DNA of 64,000 nucleotides from Escherichia coli (GTDB lineage Bacteria; Pseudomonadota; Gammaproteobacteria; Enterobacterales; Enterobacteriaceae): NCBI RefSeq assembly GCF_044324875.1, contig NZ_CP172185.1; one strand, 5' to 3'. Shown piece by piece: positions 59,784 to 64,000 of this stretch (position 1 is its first letter; each line of letters starts with the position of its first letter). The notes under the pieces were generated by a model. It saw only the letters and a program-made list of their open reading frames with translations, ran no database searches and was not told where the DNA came from. The position numbers and the translations under genes were made by a program.

Positions 59784-59820
59784 AAAGCCGTTTATCTACC
59801 AGGTAGAAATAAACGGCTTT
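59784..59820 (-). terminator. Rho-independent terminator of the ybbA-ybbP operon
   Basis: Long palindrome AAAGCCGTTTAT-CTACCAGGTAG-ATAAACGGCTTT immediately 3' of the ybbP stop, followed on the reverse strand by a T-rich tract. Confidence 0.7.
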
Positions 59821-59826
59821 GTCACA

Positions 59827-62241
59827 TCACCCCACAAACTGCCTGAATAGCGCCTTACCCTTAACCAGTCGCGCGCCAAGCCAGCCGCCGAAAAGTGACA
59901 GCAGCAGCGCACCGCTACAAGGCAGAACAATCCACAATCGCCAGTCTGGCTCCCACGGGAAATCAAACACTTTCGCCTGCAACACCGCCAGTGCCGTTTC
60001 CGCACCAATTGCGGCCACCAGGCCGGATACAAACCCGAGCATGGCGAACTCACACCACAATGTCGTGCGCAGCAGTTTTTTCCCCGCACCGAGTGTGCGC
60101 CACACCACCAGCTCCTGATGACGCTGACGCATTCCCACCTGCACCTGTGCCAGCAACAGCAACATACCGCAGGCGGTGACCAGCACCACCATCACCTCCA
60201 GCGCCCGACTTACCTGCTCCAGCACCTGACCGACCTGTTTTAAAATCGCGCCAATGTCTAACAGGCTAATGGTAGGGAACTGGCGGTTGAGTTGCGTCAA
60301 CATGCCGTTGCCATTCTCCCAGCGGAAACTGGTAAGCCAGCTCTGCGGTTGCCCGTCTAATGCCCCTTCAGGGAAAATAAAATAGAAATTAGGCCGCAGA
60401 CTTTCCCAGTCCACTTTGCGCAGGCTGGTCACTTTAGCGCGGAACTCCTGGGTATCGCCCATAAAAGTCACGGTATCACCGAGGGCAACGTTTAAGCGTT
60501 TCGCCAGCCCCTCTTCCATCGACACTTCATCGGCTTTTGGCGGCCAGTTACCGGCGACAATCGGATTATGATCGGGCCGCGTATTTTGCCAGGTAAGATT
60601 AAGTTCGCGATTGAGCGCCTCATCTTCATTGCCTTCTGTCGGCTTGCCGTTAATCGCCGTCAGTCTCGCCCGCACCACCGGATAAAATGATTCCGGGACT
60701 ATCTGATGTTCCGCGAGGAACGCTTTTAGCGGTGCTACCTGTTCTGTGGCGATGTTAATTAAAAAGTAGTTCGGGCTTTCTGGAGGTAGCTGCTGCTGCC
60801 AGCGGTCGAGCAGATCGCCACGCAGCACCAGCAGCAGTGCCAACAGCATAAAGGAGAGCGAAAATGCCGAAAGCTGGCTTAACGTTGACCACGGCTGACG
60901 TAACAGGCGGCTAACCGCCAGGCGCAGAGGCAGCGATTTCAGCGTCATGCGGCGAAGTACATTCAGCAGCATCCAGCCCAGCACACCGCACAGCAAAGCC
61001 AGTACTACCGCGCCCGCCAGCACCGCCAAAAGCAGCATGCTGCCACCCATTAATCCGGCGAGCAGCAGCACAACCACCACACTGACAATCGGCAGATAAA
61101 ACTTCAGCGGCCAGACGTTCGCGACCACATCATTACGTAATACGCGTAAAGGCTGCGTTGCCAGTAACAAGCGGTATGGTCGTAGCCCCACCAGCAGCGA
61201 GATAACCGTCATGGTGCCCAGCGCCCATAGCCACGGCCAGAGGCTGGCTGGCGGTAGTGCAGCAGGCAGAACGGGCTTGAGCAGCACCATCAACACGTTT
61301 TCGAACAACAGGCCTATCGCCCCACCGGTAACGGCTGAAAGCGTCAGCACCATCAACCACTGACCGACGATTAGCTTACGCAGTTGCGCTCGCCCTGCCC
61401 CCAGCGTTTTGAGGATCGCCACCAGATCGTAGCGACTGCGACAGTAATGATTCATCGCCACCGCCACCGCTGCCACTGCCAGCAGCAAGGTCAGAAGCGC
61501 AGAAAGCAGCAGGAACTGTTGCGAGCGTTCCATCGATCGCCCCAGCGCGCCTTCATCCTGTTCCAGACCGTACCAGCGTTGTTCGGGTTTAAGCTGAGGT
61601 AACAACCATTTCTCATAGCCGTCGAGCTGGTTCTCGTTGCCGCCGAATTTATAGCGCCAGGTGACCCGACTTCCCGGCTGCACGGCTCCGGTTTTATCGA
61701 CATCCGCCAGATTCATCATCAGACGCGGAGCCATCTGGAAGGGGTTAAAACCGGAATCCGGTTCCTGAATCACTTCTCCGGCAATCCGCAAGGTGGCATC
61801 ACCCACGTCGATGGTGTCGCCTGTTTTCAGGTTAAGCAGTGCCATCAGGCGTGGGGCCAGCAATACGCTGCCCGCCTGCGGTTTCAGGCCTGGGGGATTA
61901 GTTTGCAGATCGCCATACATCGGGTAGATATCATCCACCGCTTTGACGTTCGCCAGCTGCGGTGTGTCGCCTGCAAATGTCATGGTGGCGAAAGTCAGCT
62001 GCTTGCCGACTTTCAGGCCGCGCTTTTGCGCTTCCTCCAGCCACGCTTGCGGCACTTCGCGCGAACTGCGCAACGCCCGATCGCCCGCCATAAACTCACG
62101 GCTTTGCTGGCTTAAGCCCTTCTCCATGCGATCGCTGATATTGCCCAGCGCCAGCACGCAGGCCACCGCCAGGCTTAGCGCCAGCCAGACAATTAATAGC
62201 GACGGCGAGCGCCATTCGCGCCAGAACCAACGTGCAATCAT
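59827..62241 (-). CDS. ybbP: ABC transporter permease YbbP (FtsX-like)
   Basis: 804 aa, recognised YbbP; 4-bp overlap with ybbA. Confidence 0.93.
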   Translation of the reverse strand: MIARWFWREWRSPSLLIVWLALSLAVACVLALGNISDRMEKGLSQQSREFMAGDRALRSSREVPQAWLEEAQKRGLKVGKQLTFATMTFAGDTPQLANVKAVDDIYPMYGDLQTNPPGLKPQAGSVLLAPRLMALLNLKTGDTIDVGDATLRIAGEVIQEPDSGFNPFQMAPRLMMNLADVDKTGAVQPGSRVTWRYKFGGNENQLDGYEKWLLPQLKPEQRWYGLEQDEGALGRSMERSQQFLLLSALLTLLLAVAAVAVAMNHYCRSRYDLVAILKTLGAGRAQLRKLIVGQWLMVLTLSAVTGGAIGLLFENVLMVLLKPVLPAALPPASLWPWLWALGTMTVISLLVGLRPYRLLLATQPLRVLRNDVVANVWPLKFYLPIVSVVVVLLLAGLMGGSMLLLAVLAGAVVLALLCGVLGWMLLNVLRRMTLKSLPLRLAVSRLLRQPWSTLSQLSAFSLSFMLLALLLVLRGDLLDRWQQQLPPESPNYFLINIATEQVAPLKAFLAEHQIVPESFYPVVRARLTAINGKPTEGNEDEALNRELNLTWQNTRPDHNPIVAGNWPPKADEVSMEEGLAKRLNVALGDTVTFMGDTQEFRAKVTSLRKVDWESLRPNFYFIFPEGALDGQPQSWLTSFRWENGNGMLTQLNRQFPTISLLDIGAILKQVGQVLEQVSRALEVMVVLVTACGMLLLLAQVQVGMRQRHQELVVWRTLGAGKKLLRTTLWCEFAMLGFVSGLVAAIGAETALAVLQAKVFDFPWEPDWRLWIVLPCSGALLLSLFGGWLGARLVKGKALFRQFVG

Positions 62242-62924
62242 GCTTCCTCCTGCAACTGCCCGTTCACCAGCCGTAAGCAGCGGTCGCAGCGTGCCGCCAG
62301 TTGCAGGTCGTGGGTCACCATAATCAACGTGGTGCCATGCTCACGGTTGAGGGAAAACAGCAGGTCGGCAATTTTATCGCCGGTCTGGCGGTCAAGGTTG
62401 CCGGTGGGTTCGTCGGCAAACAGCACATCAGGTCGACCATTAAAGGCTCGCGCCAGCGCCACTCGTTGCTGTTCGCCGCCGGAAAGCTGTGCCGGAAGAT
62501 GATCAAGACGTTTACCCAGCCCTAACTGTTCGAGCAACGCTTTCGCTCCGTTACGACTTTCCGCGCTACTCTCACCGCGCAGCAGCGCCGGAAGCTCGAC
62601 GTTTTCCAGCGCGTTAAGGGTAGGAATTAACATAAATGACTGAAAAACAAAGCCTACGTGCTTCGCGCGCAACTTTGCCCGCGCTTCTTCGTCCATATTA
62701 TGTAGAGGTTGTCCCACCAGACTCACTTCGCCACTGCTGCCGTCATCCAGCCCGGCGAGGATCGCCAGCAAGGTTGACTTACCCGATCCCGACTCGCCCA
62801 CCAGTGCGATGGTCTCGCCACGTTTGACAACCAGCTCAACTCCGGTGAGGATGGAGAGTTCATGCTCCCCCTGACCGACGGACTTCTTAAGATGATGAAC
62901 TTCAACAATGTTTTCCGCTGGCAT
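62238..62924 (-). CDS. ybbA: ABC transporter ATP-binding protein YbbA
   Basis: 228 aa, Walker A GESGSGKST, signature LSGGEQQR. Confidence 0.95.
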   Translation of the reverse strand: MPAENIVEVHHLKKSVGQGEHELSILTGVELVVKRGETIALVGESGSGKSTLLAILAGLDDGSSGEVSLVGQPLHNMDEEARAKLRAKHVGFVFQSFMLIPTLNALENVELPALLRGESSAESRNGAKALLEQLGLGKRLDHLPAQLSGGEQQRVALARAFNGRPDVLFADEPTGNLDRQTGDKIADLLFSLNREHGTTLIMVTHDLQLAARCDRCLRLVNGQLQEEA

Positions 62925-63518
62925 TTGCCCTTCCTGTTCCTGGTCATGTTAACCTTCCGTGCCGCCGCAGCGGACACGTTATTGATTCTGGGTGATAGCC
63001 TGAGCGCCGGGTATCGAATGTCTGCCAGCGCGGCCTGGCCTGCCTTGTTGAATGATAAGTGGCAGAGTAAAACGTCGGTAGTCAATGCCAGCATCAGCGG
63101 CGACACCTCGCAACAAGGGCTGGCGCGCCTTCCGGCTCTGCTGAAACAGCATCAGCCGCGCTGGGTGCTGGTAGAACTGGGCGGCAATGACGGTTTGCGT
63201 GGTTTTCAGCCACAACAAACCGAGCAAACGCTGCGCCAGATTTTGCAGGATGTCAAAGCCGCCAACGCTGAACCATTGTTAATGCAAATACGTCTGCCTG
63301 CAAACTATGGTCGCCGTTATAATGAAGCCTTTAGCGCCATTTACCCCAAACTCGCCAAAGAGTTTGATGTTCCGCTGCTGCCCTTTTTTATGGAAGAGGT
63401 CTACCTCAAGCCACAATGGATGCAGGATGACGGTATTCATCCCAACCGCGACGCCCAGCCGTTTATTGCCGACTGGATGGCGAAGCAGTTGCAGCCTTTA
63501 GTAAATCATGACTCATAA
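62892..63518 (+). CDS. tesA: Acyl-CoA thioesterase I / lysophospholipase L1 TesA (SGNH hydrolase)
   Basis: Start at ATG 62892 (MMNFNNVFRWHLPFLFLVML..., signal peptide), GDSLS motif; 208 aa; 5' end overlaps the divergent ybbA start by 33 bp. Confidence 0.93.
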   Translation: MMNFNNVFRWHLPFLFLVMLTFRAAAADTLLILGDSLSAGYRMSASAAWPALLNDKWQSKTSVVNASISGDTSQQGLARLPALLKQHQPRWVLVELGGNDGLRGFQPQQTEQTLRQILQDVKAANAEPLLMQIRLPANYGRRYNEAFSAIYPKLAKEFDVPLLPFFMEEVYLKPQWMQDDGIHPNRDAQPFIADWMAKQLQPLVNHDS

Positions 63519-63546
63519 AGCAACGGAGATCCTGACAGGTAAAGTT

Positions 63547-64000
63547 ATGCAAAAATCGGTCTTAATTACCGGATGTTCCAGTGGAATTGGCCTGGAAAGC
63601 GCGCTCGAATTAAAACGCCAGGGTTTTCATGTGCTGGCAGGTTGCCGGAAACCGGATGATGTTGAGCGCATGAACAGCATGGGATTTACCGGCGTGTTGA
63701 TCGATCTGGATTCACCAGAAAGTGTTGATCGCGCAGCCGACGAAGTGATCGCCCTGACCGATAATTGTCTGTATGGGATCTTTAACAATGCCGGATTCGG
63801 CATGTATGGCCCCCTTTCCACCATCAGCCGTGCGCAGATGGAACAGCAGTTTTCCGCCAACTTTTTCGGCGCACACCAGCTCACCATGCGCCTGTTACCC
63901 GCGATGTTACCGCACGGTGAAGGACGTATTGTGATGACCTCATCGGTGATGGGATTAATCTCCACGCCGGGTCGTGGCGCTTACGCGGCCAGTAAATATG
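63547..64000 (+). CDS. ybbO: Short-chain dehydrogenase/reductase YbbO (3'-truncated by window end)
   Basis: MQKSVLITGCSSGIGLESALELKRQGF..., Rossmann TGxxxGIG motif; no stop before the window end. Confidence 0.85.
   Translation, partial: MQKSVLITGCSSGIGLESALELKRQGFHVLAGCRKPDDVERMNSMGFTGVLIDLDSPESVDRAADEVIALTDNCLYGIFNNAGFGMYGPLSTISRAQMEQQFSANFFGAHQLTMRLLPAMLPHGEGRIVMTSSVMGLISTPGRGAYAASKY

Larger units (their letters stand above)
56280..59785. other. AT-rich accessory island between selU and ybbP carrying an orphan T6SS Hcp-effector/immunity module
   Basis: Three reverse-strand genes (effector, immunity 1, immunity 2) whose base composition is visibly more AT-rich than the flanking core genes; bounded by the selU stop and the ybbP terminator. 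Confidence 0.8.

Overview
This window is an Escherichia coli chromosomal segment, read in the reverse orientation to the K-12 map, running hokE/ybdK - nfsB - pheP - cusCFBA/cusRS - nfrBA - ybcH - envY - argU - fimZ - sfmFHDCA - folD - cysS - ppiB - lpxH - purEK - the allantoin regulon (ybcF to allS) - selU - ybbP/ybbA - tesA - ybbO. Almost all of it is densely packed core genes that I recognise directly from the translated ORFs. The stretch of most interest is an AT-rich ~3.5 kb insert between selU and ybbP (about 56280..59785). It encodes a 667-aa fusion of an N-terminal Hcp (T6SS tube) domain to a DUF2235/Tle1-like phospholipase domain, followed by two tandem paralogous signal-peptide proteins that look like cognate and orphan immunity genes. 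From memory, K-12 carries the RhsD element at this position; no T6SS core genes are in the window, so this is an orphan Hcp-effector module. Other departures from the K-12 layout as I recall it: envY sits 45 bp from tRNA-Arg (argU) with no DLP12 prophage, appY or ompT; the usher gene sfmD has a single in-frame TAA; and ylbE is frameshifted near its 3' end. All comparisons to K-12 are from memory and need alignment to confirm.
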